Part shown: positions 40,842 to 54,267 of the stretch, piece by piece
Position numbering within the stretch: position 1 is the first letter of the stretch
How the letters are laid out: every line of letters begins with the position of its first letter
The notes under the pieces: generated by a model
Databases searched by the model: none
The model's input: only the letters and a program-made list of their open reading frames with translations
What the model was told of the DNA's origin: nothing
Translations under genes and position numbers: made by a program
Assembly: GCA_026023565.1 (NCBI GenBank)
Contig: JAPETS010000006.1
Coordinates: 744,001 to 808,000, forward strand
Reading direction: 5' to 3'
From: Cirrosporium novae-zelandiae
Lineage: Eukaryota
DNA: 64,000 nt

Positions 40842-42592
40842 ATGTCCAATTCCAATTATTCCTATGCGACCGAGCATCTTGATGAGGAGAGTCCTTTGTT
40901 GACCAACGATAGGCCTACACAGAAAGACAATGGAACAATTAAGAGCAATAGAAGTTCTGATGACGAGGTCGACCCCAGCATAGTTGAAGGTGAAGGTGGA
41001 GAGGATGAAGGCATCATTCTGGCCGAAGAACCGAGCACAGCTAAATTATTCGGAATATTACTTTCTATCTGGTTTGGTGTTTTCCTTGCTGCCTTGGGTA
41101 TACTATGTTTCCTCTTGACTACTCGTTCTAGCTACCGTTTACTAACTCTGGTGAAGATGGAACGTTAATTGCGACCCTCTCTGGTCCAATTTCTGGCTCC
41201 TTCAACTCCCTTTCACTTCTTTCTTGGCTTGCATCCGCCTATTTTATTGCCAACGCTGCTCTGCAACCTCTCAGCGGCCGTCTGACCGATATCCTCTCCC
41301 GTCGAACGGGTCTAGTATTTTCAAACGTCTTCTTTGCCATTGGAAATCTCATATGCGGTCTCGCCAATGCAGAATGGGTTATTATTCTCGGTAGAGTTGT
41401 TGCTGGCATGGGCGGAGGAGGGCTGACCGCCATCAGCACCATCGTCACGACAGATCTGGTACCATTGAGGAAAAGAGGTGTCTGGCAGGGCTTTGGGAAC
41501 ATATTTTTTAGCGTTGGTGGTGGATTAGGAGGTATTTTTGGTGGTTGGATAAACGATGTCTGGGGTTGGCGTGTAGCTTTCCTCGTCCAAGTGCCATTGA
41601 CCATCCTTTCCGGAATTGTCGTCTTCTTCACGGTTAAGATTCCTGTCAAGGAGACTGGGAAATCGCCATGGAAGCGCATCGATTTCTTGGGCTGTGTAAC
41701 TCTTGTCACTTCGGTTGTTCTGCTTCTCGTGGGGCTGAATTCTGGTGGTAATACGGTTCCCTGGACAGATCCGCTTGTGCTTACGAGTCTTCCTCTTTCT
41801 GCAGCTGTCTTGTGCCTCTTCATTTGGATTGAAGCCTTTCATCCTGAACCGATAATCCCTGTCCGTTTGCTCCTCGACCGTACAGTTATGGCAGGATGTT
41901 TGACAAATTGGTTTTCCACGATGGCTATTTTTGCTTTATTTTTCTATGGTCCTATTTATTTCCAGATACTTGGCGCTTCCGCTACTGCTGCCGGCTTGCG
42001 TCTTGTTCCTCAATCCATCGGAGGTGGCATTGGTTCTCTAGGGTCAGGTCTCATTATGCGCAAGACTGGTCGATACTACTGGCTTGGGGCTATATCTATG
42101 GCTATTCTTATTGGTTCGTGTGCGGGTTTCAGCACCCTCACAAGATCTAGTTCGGAGTGGGTACCCTTTATATATTTTTTTCTCGAGGGTCTGGCATATG
42201 GTGGTATGCTCACGGTCACCCTCCTGGCCTTGATTGCTGCGGTCCCACACGAGCATCAAGCCGTTATAACATCGGCCTCGTATGCCTTTCGGTCCACGGG
42301 GTCTACCATTGGTATTACCATTGCTTCAGCGGTTTTCCAAAATATTCTAAAGATGGGATTGTGGGCGGAACTAGGGGATAAAAAAGGGGGCCCGGAAGTG
42401 ATTCCAAAAGTGAGGGATAGTCTTGACGAGATATGGAAGCTATCTCCAGACTGGAGGGAGGCTGTGTTAAGAGTTTACATGGAGGCTCTTCGGGCAGTCT
42501 TCTTGACCACATTGGGTCTTGCGGTTTTGGCTACTGTCACTTATGTTCTAGTGAGAGAACATAAGTTATACTCGACACTATCGAGGAAATAA
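40842..42592 (+). CDS. MFS transporter, 14-TM DHA2 / Vba-like; intron 41098-41156
   Basis: FLAALDGT, QPLSGRLTDI, GRVVAGMGGGG, DLVPLRKRGVWQG, WGWRVAF, RIDFLG. Confidence 0.9.
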
Positions 42593-43750
42593 GAGATGAG
42601 GTCAGATTTTGGGCGATAGAAAAAGCATGTACTAGACCAATGACGTATAGTCCATGGGCATAAGTGTATACAGAGAGATAGAACAATGGATAGACAACTT
42701 GTTTACATAACTAATTAGGTAATTGCCTCCTCTACAATAACGATTTCCAAATAACAAAGAGGGTGGTCAGCAAACCGAATGATGAGGATTGTGCAACGGT
42801 ATTTGGTTCTTCATCCGCCCTGTTCACCCCGCAATTAGATGTGAAGAGCAACAAGCATTATCATCGCGCCATGTATACATTATGCTAAGCATAAGAGCTG
42901 CGGGTCCAAGGGTGAGACCAAAAGACCATTGCGCCTAAGCGAGAAAGTCCTCACGTTAATGAACTAGGCACCTACCTGGCTATGATAACTATGCGGAAGC
43001 TGACCTTGGATATATAACTCCACTATTAACATCTCCTCCCAAGGCTAACATGAATCATATCATGACATCCATGCAAATATTTACAATATTTAAGAAAAAC
43101 ATCCCTTGGGAACCCTTTATGCATGAAATCTAGCCAAGCTAAAAAAAACAAGGACCAGATACCGTGTGAGACGTTCAGGTACTAACTGATGTAGCCTGGA
43201 CTTGTAGTGGTCATCCAAAGGCGTTTTGGGGGCTGCAAAATCAGCCTTGCTCCGTCTTATTCCACTCTTTGTGTGCTTTTCCACGTGTTCTCCTATGAAG
43301 CCTCGATGTTGTTGCCTTGGACGAGTACAAGTCCACTGCAGAGGGAATCCAAAGAAATTCACCTGCGTGAAACCGATCATCGTACAATTTGTCCAAGGCT
43401 CTGTAAAAGCTCTGCAAGTTATTTTTTCAGCTGAGACTCATCCAACCAGACTACATAACATCCTACTATGCAGCTGAACGTGACCTATCAGCTGTTGTAC
43501 AGTACCTTGTATATACAATGGGCACCTCTGCTACCTCGACGTTTTTCTCAGTTGATATTAATAAGGCGTAGCCTTACCCATCATTTCACCACTTCTCTTT
43601 TAATTTCTAACTTTTTCTTGCTGCAGTTCCATCCTCACTGGCTTAAGTTAATTTATTCCTACGTCAAGTTTACTTCGAACGAAAGCTGTACCAAAGCTAT
43701 ACAATTTTCGCAGACGTAGCACGATCTACCTCATAGGTTAGCTACCTAAA

Positions 43751-46496
43751 ATGTACTCTGATTCGGACAGTCCCAGCCCTCCACGCCCCCGCCGCAAGAA
43801 GTTCAAGGACCCTCAAAGTATCGTCGATTCTTTCTGGAAGCGCTTTGCGGTTGAGAAACCCGGGAAGGTTCTCACTATCCTACCAAACAATCCCTATTCC
43901 AAGACCAAAGCATCTCAGGTCCCTCAGGGACTGGTACAGGGGATAAGGGCGATTAAATCTTATGAACAAGCTAAGCGCGAATGTGAAAAGGCTGTTGAAA
44001 AAATTGCAAAACAGTGTCGGCGAGCAAACATAAAGTACAGAGATGTCTTTTTCGATATAGAATTTGACCTCAAACGCGGTACTAGGCAGTGTCTTGATGG
44101 CCTAATAAATATTGGTGAAGGCCTTCAACCGAAAGCTGTGAAGAGAGTATCTGAAATTTATGATAATCCAGAATTCTTTATTGGAGGTACATCAGAAGCA
44201 GATGTTGTGCAAGGACGTGATGGCGATTGTTGGCTTATGGCAGCTCTATCAGCTATGGCGAATAAAGATACTTTGATCGAACGAGTTTGTGTTGCTAGGG
44301 ACGAAGCCGTCGGGGCATATGGTTTTGTTTTCTATCGTGATGGCGAATGGCAGCAGACTATTATCGACGATAAGCTTTATTTGACATATGCAGACTACGA
44401 CGAGAGCAAAGATGAGCGTGAAATATGGGGTCGGATGAGCCGCTTGGATGCCGAAGAAGAATATCGTCGAGCATACCAGACAGGATCGCGAGCTCTTTAT
44501 TTCGCATCATGTAGGGACCCAAACGAAACCTGGTTGCCGCTTCTTGAGAAGGCCTATGCTAAAGCGCATGGTGATTATGAATCGATTGATGGTGGGTATA
44601 TTTGGTATGTCTGCACATCAACTAGATGTAATGCATTCAACTGATAGGCGGAATCGGCAGTGAGGCAATTGAGGATTTGACTGGAGGTGTTACTTCTCAG
44701 CTATTGACATCGGACATTCTAGATCAAGATCTGTTTTGGAAACATGAGTTGATGAAGGTGAATGAGGAATTTCTCTGGGGTTGCGCAACTGGATTTTATG
44801 CAGATTGGATAAAGTCGAACAAGGAGAGGGTAACCGACCAAAGGAAAGGTATCCATGAAATGCATACCTATTCCATAATCGAAGCGAAAGAGGTGAAGGG
44901 GGAGCGACTTCTCAAGTTGAGGTGAGACTTTGTGTGCTATCACGATACGTTTTTATTGTGTTAGATGAAGATGCTAAGGTACTGCATTAGGAACCCTTGG
45001 GGTCGCGGAGAGTGGAAAGGGAAATGGTCAGACGGTTCAGAAGAATGGACTGCGGAATGGATACAGATATTGAACCACAAGTTTGGAGATGATGGTGTAA
45101 GTCTATTCACGGAGTATATTTGGAACCCAACATGACAGTGATCAAGGTCTTTTGGATAAGCTATTCCGATTTCTTACGTCAATTCCAACTGCTTGATCGC
45201 ACCCGACTCTTTGGGGATGAATGGACCATCACACAGCAATGGACTACTCTGCACATTCCTTGGAGAGCCGACTATCATGATACTAAGTTTGAGATCACGC
45301 TAAACAAGGCCAGCCAAGTTGTTATTGTCCTGACTCAGCTTGATACTCGGTACTTCAGAGGCTTCCAAGGTCAATATATATTTAAGCTGCATTTCCGGGT
45401 ACAGAATGATGAAGACGGGGAGTATATTATGCGAAGTGGATTATCTTATTTCATGACTCGTTCGACAAGTGTGGAGCTGGACCTTGAACCTGGCAAGTAC
45501 TCAGTGTCGATGAAAATCACCACTGAGAGGTGGCCGAGAATGGATACTGTAAAAGACACGATCAAGCAAAACTGCAAATACAATATGGAGAAATTGATAC
45601 GTATTGGGCTCTCTTATGATCTAGCGCATGCAAAAGGTCGATATATTGAATCGGAAGAGGAGAAACGGCAGCGGGAAGCAAGAGAGAGAAAGAAGGGAGA
45701 AGAAGAGATAATGAGGAGAATCTTGACAAAAAGGGAGCAACTTTACAAAAAATGGGAAAGAAAACAGAAGATGCATAAACGGGAGAAAAAACGAGAGAGG
45801 AGAAAGAAAGAAAAGAAGGCGCGGAAAGCCATAGATCTGACTTCCATCACGAATGTAACCAAGGAGTCCTCGGATGAAAGTGATATGCCAACTACCAAGC
45901 CTGCAACGGTGGAAGATAAGACGGAGCAGGTCAGCAAAATAGAACCGGCTCGGCAACTAGATGAACACCCGAAGGAGGTTCCACTAAGTGACTCTGAGAG
46001 CGATGCCGACTCACTTTCGACATTCGACTTTGACCCTGAGTTAGATCTTACTAATGATGAATCGAGTACAGACGATGGTATAGAAAAGACTACCGCAGAT
46101 GGCAAGAAAAAGAGCAAGAAAAAGAAAAAGGAAAAACACAAGGAAAAGGTTAAAGAAGGTCTGAATGAGGAAGATGACGATCTGAGCTCTGACGAAGAGG
46201 AATTAACCAGAAACCCTTGGAACGCGGTCTGTGTGGTGGGCTTGCGAGTGTACTCAAAGGACCAGGTGCTCTCGCTCGAGGTGGTGAGACTCAAAGACGA
46301 AGATGAGGTTGGACCTTCGCTTGATGTTGATAACCCGGCGGCTTCTGCAGTGGTTGATGCTGCCAAGAGCCATAGCGATGATGAGTCTGTGCCGGAGGTG
46401 GTAGTGCCTGAGGTGGTCCCTGAGGTTGTTGTGCCTGAGGTGGTGGTGAGCCCGCCAGACGGGGCTTTGACGGAAGACCAACTGGCCGACTTATAA
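43751..46496 (+). CDS. Calpain-like cysteine protease (CysPc, domain III, acidic/basic tail); introns 44605-44660, 44922-44990, 45097-45146
   Basis: Catalytic Cys QGRDGDCW, WLPLLEKAYAKAHGDY, EDLTGG, His HTYSI, Asn RNPWG, W.GKWSDGS. Confidence 0.92.
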
Positions 46497-47348
46497 GCTT
46501 TCACCTGGCTTTTTGATCCATCGTCTTTGACCTTTTGGTGGATGGACTTCTTAAATAATTACCTAGATAGGCGCCTCATATCTTTGTCGCAAGGATGCTC
46601 TTATCCTTGGCTAATTAACAACAATTAATGAAATTCATGATTTCGTCCATGTGTTTGCCAACTCGGTTAATGCTGGTAACAATGGTAAAAAAGCACCCCA
46701 CGAATATCTGCTGCATCTCACGCATTGACCTGCTCGAGTAGATATCTATCAAAGTCATCTATGGCCAATGAAGTGGATATCTGGTTGTTGTTGTTGTCAT
46801 CAGATTTGGTGATTGATGAGTGTAACGAACTGATAGAGCTCGGGACCCCGATATCGGGTTTCCTTATCTTCCGGCATTGATACCTATTGGGCTCTTTAGC
46901 CATTATGATCTTTCTCTATCGTACCATGCATTTTCTACATACTCGAGTAGAAGCAATCTCTTAGCCATTGCTGCTTCGCAAGTCGATCATTAACGGCTTT
47001 CCCCGTCTCGGCCAAGTGCCACACTATGATAAACTTGTATGACATCAAGCAAAACGGGTCCCTTTTCTGCAACTGCCCATTTTGGATATGATATCGAGAT
47101 TCGATGCATGTTCTCATATGCTAGTTATCAAGACATATTACCACAGTGCTGGGATAAGTTTATCTTTCTTATCTTGTCAATCCAAGATGCCTGTATCTCG
47201 CATCTGGTATATATACATATCAATTGCCCTGGTCCGCTTTTTCTGTCTTTTGCTCTTTTCTCTTTTCTCTTCCTTAGCCAATATTCTGTGGAGTCTTGTT
47301 TCCTTGAATCGCTACAAAAACAATTCTACGTGCAATTGAGTTTTGGAA

Positions 47349-49434
47349 ATGGCCGAGAAAGTCCAGGAGAATGGAGGGGGGGTTAGCACTCCTGATCTTG
47401 AGAAGGCCCCTCTCGAGCAGACTGCCACCGTCGACTCGGCAGTGCCTGAAAAGGTCCTCCACCATGTTGTTGACGCGGATGAGGCGATGAAGGCCTTTGC
47501 TGGTCATGAAGGAGAAGTGCTCGAAGTTGATGAAGCTACAAACAAGAGACTGTTGCGGAAGATTGATTGGCACTTGATGCCGCTCTGTATGTTGATGATG
47601 GTGATCTGGAGAAATACAGGAGCTTACTGACGTGCCTTAAGTATGCGCCGTCTATGGCCTGAACTATCTGGACAGTATGCTTGCTTTTTTAAATATGTTG
47701 AGGATCTTGAAGCACGGGAAATAGTTGACATTTGTTCCAGAAACAACATTATCCTATGCGAGTATCATGGGGTTAAAAACGGATATTGGCCTTCACGGTG
47801 ACGATTACCAATGGCTCGGATCTCTCTTCTATTTCGGTACCGTCTTCCCATACCATATTAACCGTTGACCGGTGAGCCAATCCAATTGAACTAGGCTATC
47901 TGGCATGGGAATATCCCACAAACCGTCTCCTCCAGAGACTGCCCTTGGCCAAATACTCGGGCTTCTGCATCATCATGTGGGGAATAGTCCTCTCCTGTTT
48001 CGCCGCCGTCAACAACTTTAGCGGCGCCATTGCCATCCGATTCTTCCTCGGTGTTTTTGAAGCCGCAGTGACCCCCGGCTTCGCCCTCTTTACCTCTCAA
48101 GTCTGTCTTCCATTTCCTTTTCCCTTTCCAACCCCCCCATAAACCAAAAAAAAAAAAAAAAGAAAGAAGAGAGAAGAAAACCCCTACTAACACCCCACTC
48201 CACTACAGTGGTACACCAAAAAAGAACAAGGCATGCGAATAGGAATCTGGTTCAGCTTCAACGGCTGGGCGCAAATAGTCGGCGGCCTAATCGCCTACGG
48301 CATCGCGGTAGGTACGCGAAAGCACCCCGCTCTAATCGAAGGCTGGAAGATAGTATTCCTAGTCACGGGCCTCCTGACCACGGCCGTCGGCGCCCTCTTC
48401 CTCTTCATCATGCCCGACAACCAGCTCAACGCGCGATTCCTGAGCAAAGAGGACCAGCGGCTGGCGGTCGCCAGGGTGCGGGTCAACCAGCAGGGGATCG
48501 GGAACAAGCATTTCAAGTGGTATCAGTTCAAGGAGGCCCTGACGGATCCGCTGATGTGGGCGTTTACGTTCTTTTCTCTCGCGGCTGATATCCCGAATGG
48601 TGGTATCACGAATTTTTTTAGTCAGATGGTACGTCCCTAACCTTCCCCTCCCCTACTTCCCCCACATCTCCACCTCCCAACTCTCCCAAAAACTAACCCC
48701 CAAACCCGCACAGATTGTAAGTTTCGGTTTCACCTCCGAACAAAGCCTCCTCTACGGCTGCCCCGGCGGCGCCGTCGAAGTAATCTCCCTCGTCCTCTGC
48801 GGCTACTTCGGCTCCCGCCTCAACAACCGAATCCTCCTCGGCTCCTCCGGTCTCATCCTCGGAATTCTCGGCATGATTCTAATCGTCGCCTTGCCACTCT
48901 CAAACAATGTCGGGAGGTTAATCGGGTTTTATTTGACGATGGCGAGCGCGACGGGGTTCGTGGCGCTGCTGAGTTTGATTGCTACGAATGTGGCGGGGTA
49001 TACGAAGAAGACTACGATGGCGGCGTTGTATTTGATTGCGTATTGTGCGGGGAATATTATTGGTTTGTTTGTTGTTCCCTCTTTCCACACACCCGTTATT
49101 AATTTATATAAACATAGGACCCCAAACCTTCCGCCCAAGCGACTCTCCCCGTTACATCCCCGCCGAAATCACAATCATAGTTTGCTGGGCCGCCTGCCTC
49201 GTCGATCTCGTGTTTATTTATTGGTACTGCAAGCGGCAGAATGCTAAAAAAGAGGCTATTAGAGCGAGACCGGATTATATCAGGTTAGAGAATATAGAGT
49301 AAGTTTTTTTGTTTTTTTTGGGGATGGGGATTAATGGAGAGGGGAAAGAGGAATGGAGGGCTGACTTTTTTTATTATTATAGGTTTTTGGATTTGACCGA
49401 TCGAGAGAATATGGAATTTGTTTATGTGGTTTGA
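47349..49434 (+). CDS. MFS allantoate/dipeptide permease family (Dal5-like, ACS), multi-exon
   Basis: RLLRKIDWHLMPL, LNYLDKT, YQWLGSLFYFG, RFFLGVFEA, WYTKKEQ, NVAGYTKK, GPQTF, C-terminal FLDLTDREN.EF.Y. Confidence 0.92.
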
Positions 49435-51450
49435 GAGAGAGAGAAAGAGAGAGAGGGTTGGATGGGTATATTTGGATATATATTCTATGAGATATAGGCT
49501 ATAGGGAACATCATATCGGAGTTAGGTAGATAGCTGGGTCGCTGGTCTACTAGGAAGTAGAGAGAGCAAATCCAAATAACAAATAACAAACAATAAATCC
49601 AAATACGAATACGAATAAAATGAAGCCAAACGACAAAAATTCCGCAAGATAACACTCCCTCCCTCATTCCTTCCCTTTCCTCATTCCCCTCCACCATTCC
49701 CATCCCTTCATCCCTTCATCCCTATTCCCCTCATCCCCCTCCACCAAACTCCTTCATTCCCATTTCATCTAACCTCCACCTCCACGCGTCCAGGGAAAAT
49801 AAAATCCCTCCTCCCCACTTCCTCCCGCCCCACCTCATCCCATCTAGTAAACTTGCTTACCGAGTAGACTAAGTACCAACCAAAAAAACCAACCCACTAA
49901 AAAAACCAAAAAAAAAAAAGAATTTAGTATTTTTTAGTTACTGTATTTCAAGTAATCCTTTGGATAATTAGAGAATATTTAAGAATAATAGATATATAGA
50001 TATATAGGCTAGGCTATAAGCTATATTTATGTACTTATTTATTAAATTCATTAAATCTAAATCTCTGAAAAAAAAAAAAAATTCTGGGATCTAGGGGGCT
50101 GAAGGGAATGATGGGGATGATGGGGATGATGGGTTAATGGATGGTACTTATTTACGTACGTACTTACTTGCAAAGTCGTCATTTTATCTTTCAAAACCAT
50201 CCATCCAACAAATAGCTACTACCGCTAGCAGAAGGAAGGAAGGAAAGAGGAAGAATAAAACTAATAGATTAATTGGCTCAATTATGATTTAGTAAAAAAA
50301 GTTGATACTTTGATTCTGTCTGAAAAATAGCGATTTTGATTTTATTATCATCATTTTATTTTATTTTATATATGATGGTATTATTTACGGTAGTTGGTAG
50401 TTGGTAATAGTAGTGGTAATGGTGGCTATTTGGTGGTTTAGTTTAGGGGATATTCGTCTATAGTTAGGTGAGTATGTGTGTATAGATCCATAGATTGAGG
50501 AATAAAAACCGAACGATGGATATATAAATACATATCTAAGACGAATATGGTTTGGAATAGTTCTCTCGATAGTAGTGGTGGTGGTAGTTGTCTACCTGTT
50601 TTAAATTTGTAGCGTATGGAATATGGATATGGATATGGAGTGAGTGGTGGTGGTGGGGTGGTTTGGAATAGCTCTCTTGATAGTAGTAGTGGTATAGGTG
50701 GTGGTGTAAGTGATACATTTGTTTTATTTTGGATCTGCTGCATATAGATATGGATATGAGGCGAGTAGGGGTAGGAGTGGGGGGGTATGACAATTTGTAT
50801 ATGAGAGGGATACAAGTGATATACGCCTCAAAGGGGAAGGGGAGAAGGTGGGAGATATATATGTGCAGAGCCTCACCTAGGTACATGTACTGTATCTTGT
50901 TATGGGGGAGGATTGGGGGGGGGCACATAGAGTTTATTGTTTACCAACATTGTTAGCTTTGTTGGCTTCATTAATTTTTGTATAAAAGCGGTAGATGAGG
51001 TAGTTTATTTTGATATGAGTTCCCAGAGATAAGGGTGGGTGTAGCGGGAAGCAAAATAATGTAGCCTCCCCCCTCCCCCCACGTCCCTCCGCCACGTCCT
51101 CCCTCCCTCGTAAGGAGGAAGAAAAAAGTCAAGTAATATGATGTATGACGTATGACATATGACGAGTAAAAAGAAGAGGATTGGTTTGTTATTGATTGTT
51201 GTTGGTTGGGTTTATGGCTTATGAGTTGTAACACTGTCGGCTATCTTTTTGTATATTGTACCTTAATGGGGTTTGGTTTTGGTAGGAGGGATATGATCTT
51301 TTTTATGGTATGACCCGCTACTCGTTGGGAATCGGATAAGAGTTTGGATTGATGATCGGATATAACTGGTGTGTATGTGTATGATTGGAGTCTAGGTTTT
51401 GTGGTAGTGTTAATGGGGTACTGTAGATATAATTGTCGTGGGGGTTCTGG
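49435..51450. repeat. Low-complexity, simple-repeat-rich intergenic block (homopolymers, GGT/GAT/CCT repeats)
   Basis: Seen directly; includes a ~35-bp imperfect direct repeat at ~50548 and ~50659. Confidence 0.7.
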
Positions 51451-52803
51451 GTTATGTGACTCAAGTCATATGGTTGACACATCCATTGTAGTTATGTCTG
51501 TACTGTTAGTTATAGATTCTAGACTTTAGTTATCAATATCTATACAAAAAGCCATTATACCCGCTGGAGCAAACGTTCCGAGCCTAGTTCCCAGTGGCTG
51601 TAACACCACCCAAAAAAAAGCAAGCATCTTGGTTGTAGTAGACTATGGGATATATGGTCCGATCGAAATGTTGCTCGCCGGCTAAAAAGCCAAGGTACCA
51701 TTTCCAAAAAGCAAAGGCTTACTGGATTCAAGCTCCGATTTAGCGTTGCGGGTATCTCGGATTTTCTAGCCCCGGAACCTTATAGCGAAGGGAGCCTTTG
51801 CATCTGAGTCTTTTGTGGCGGGAGCTATTGAGCGGCACGTTGTTGAAACACTTGGGTTTCGATCAGGCCATGACGGCAAGATAGCAAATAAAAAAATATG
51901 GGGGCCGTAGGGGAATATCCTGAAGATTCAAGTAGATCCAGAGCATAAAACAATCATGTTCCTCATTCCTCCATTCCTCATTCTTCGTTTCCTGACTCGA
52001 AAACGTCTTCTGTAAACGACGAGGCTGACAAAAATTAGACCTTCAAGCCAAATCTTGCATCATCAGCGAAATACTATAATAAAAAATATTTTCCTTATAA
52101 GGGAAAAGCTGTACTATTATGTCTGTACTTTCTCCTTCGGTTCGATTTTTCGTCAAGGATTCAAATCCTGAAGGACGACCTAATGATTTGATATATGGAT
52201 TAGGGCCTTGGCATATTCATTTGCTTGCTAGGCACTAAGCTCAGAACAACACGGCAACTGGTGACGGACATATTCCTGAATGTTACCCAAATCTGAACCG
52301 GCTCTGCTAGACACAATAATGTGCACGTACAATATTTTCTTAATCAGAGCCGAGGTGAACTGGCCAGTACCAAAATGACGAGCACCAGCTTATCATATTG
52401 GCGAGTGCATACGGCTCAGGTGGACAAGCCAGCTAATGACGTTAGTTAATATGTTGTACTGGGAAACAGCCTAGCGTTATGAATGGGCCATCGGTGACAA
52501 AGTGGCAAACGCCAAATCAGATATTCATATTGACCCATGCACAACGTACCCGAATACCATTCCGCGACGCACATTATGCCGTCCGTGTTTAGTTCATTCC
52601 AATATCCACGGAACAGAACCGGAGTCAGACTGGTAATTGGTTTCTTGGGGTTCGGAAAGGGTATCGTAAGACACCAGCAAAATCAACCTATCCAGGGACC
52701 AGGAACCAGAATATAGAGGTGTATGGTTCAGATAAAATATTCTCCATATCTCCAAGACTGCCAAGGGACACACAAAGCTGGGCGTCTTGGCCAATTGAGA
52801 AAA

Positions 52804-54267
52804 ATGAGCATCTCTACCTCCTCGGCACGAAAGGCAGTTCCCAAATTCGCCTGCAATCGTTGTCACGAACTGAAAATAAAATGCCCACGGCAGGTTTCAG
52901 ACCACCAGAATTCCAGAGACCAGAGTTGTGCGAGATGCCTTCGTGCAGGAGTTTCATGCATCTTCAGTCCCTCTCAGCGCATGGGGAGACCAAGTAAATC
53001 CGTCAGATCAGAAAATCATCTTAAGAAAAGATCACGGACGGATTCGGAGGAATCACAGTCCTCAGATATAACTGAGCTTGCGAACCTCGAAATAAACACT
53101 ACATGGTCATCTTTGCAATCACCAGTCGACTTGAGAGCTCTGCAAGATTTCGATGATGTTTTAGACCAGGATTGCAGCCAACCCCAGGCTCCACAACTTC
53201 CTCAACTTCCTCATATCTCACCTTTGCCTCCACTAGTAATAACGCCGACGAGCGAAGACGATTTCGAGAATGTTTTCGACTTTGATGTCCGACAATATGG
53301 TTGCTCAGTATCGGCTAGCCCGACTTCAAATTCTATTCCAGTCCCACCATCAGGGATTGCTCAGAATCCAACCGTCACTTCAGATCCAGAAATATCCGGT
53401 TGTTTCCCGGCGGAGACTTCAATGGAAACATGCATCCAACGACTTTCGCAGCTTCACCTTGAGCTATACCACTGTTCTCAGTCCATTAACTTTTCTTCAA
53501 TGAACGCGACATCTAAGACCATTCACCGTCCGGCAGCAGCCTACTCTAACTCCGCTCCCACAATCGATACGGACCATTTCCCCCCTATAACAACAGCCGG
53601 AGCAAATGCGGGAGAAGAACTGTTTCCTAATATCCCCAATGGCTCAAGCGATATCGACGAAACGTTTCGCGCCTCACAGACACTTATCGAGGTGCTGCAT
53701 CGCCTCATTCATCAGTCGAGTAGTCATAGCAAGTCTTCCAAGCAGCTATTTGGACCTTCCACCTTGGCGGCAGAGTTGATGCCAAGACATTTTCTTACAG
53801 ACATCTCCTGTCCGTATCCGAATGCCCCAGACAGCTCAATAGTCCTCCTAATCCTGATTATTTATCTGCATTTACTCCGCATCTATGAGCCCATCATATT
53901 GACTTTATCGCGACACCTGCAGCGCCTGCAGCAGATGCCACCCACAGATAGCTTCACCGTATCCCTACCTTTGCCTAGCATCCACTTTGGTTCATTTGTT
54001 CCAGCAGCTACATCCGACTTGCAGTTTGTGTTGCTTGCGCAGCTCGTCTCGCATCTATTCGAGGGAATTGAGAGTGCTATTCGGGGATACGTCGCTCCCG
54101 CTATTGGGATCGAGGGTTCTTCGACATCGACAGACGGAAAGGGAACAGCGATAATGGATGCAGCGGAGCTGGCGTTGGTAGAAATACGAATGCGGGAAAG
54201 AAGAGTGCAGGAGGAGCTCAGGGACTTAAAAACATTAGTTAATAGTTCAACAACATTTGAAAATTAA
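52804..54267 (+). CDS. Zn(II)2Cys6 transcription factor, pathway-specific (AflR/LovE-like layout); start may instead be 52723
   Basis: CNRCHELKIKC-x14-CARCLRAGVSC followed by MGRP. Intronless ORF; no obvious Fungal_trans middle domain. Confidence 0.9.
   Translation: MSISTSSARKAVPKFACNRCHELKIKCPRQVSDHQNSRDQSCARCLRAGVSCIFSPSQRMGRPSKSVRSENHLKKRSRTDSEESQSSDITELANLEINTTWSSLQSPVDLRALQDFDDVLDQDCSQPQAPQLPQLPHISPLPPLVITPTSEDDFENVFDFDVRQYGCSVSASPTSNSIPVPPSGIAQNPTVTSDPEISGCFPAETSMETCIQRLSQLHLELYHCSQSINFSSMNATSKTIHRPAAAYSNSAPTIDTDHFPPITTAGANAGEELFPNIPNGSSDIDETFRASQTLIEVLHRLIHQSSSHSKSSKQLFGPSTLAAELMPRHFLTDISCPYPNAPDSSIVLLILIIYLHLLRIYEPIILTLSRHLQRLQQMPPTDSFTVSLPLPSIHFGSFVPAATSDLQFVLLAQLVSHLFEGIESAIRGYVAPAIGIEGSSTSTDGKGTAIMDAAELALVEIRMRERRVQEELRDLKTLVNSSTTFEN

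Noticed and set aside
45743..46504. 253-aa antisense ORF over the calpain tail (likewise 62978-63736 over the PKS and other shadow ORFs)
   Set aside because: These are reverse-strand shadows of real coding exons with no independent domain signature.
51560..52180. Possible tRNA/5S/other ncRNA (GGTTCGA-like words, small hairpins)
   Set aside because: No cloverleaf, A/B-box spacing or recognisable rRNA/snRNA sequence could be built.
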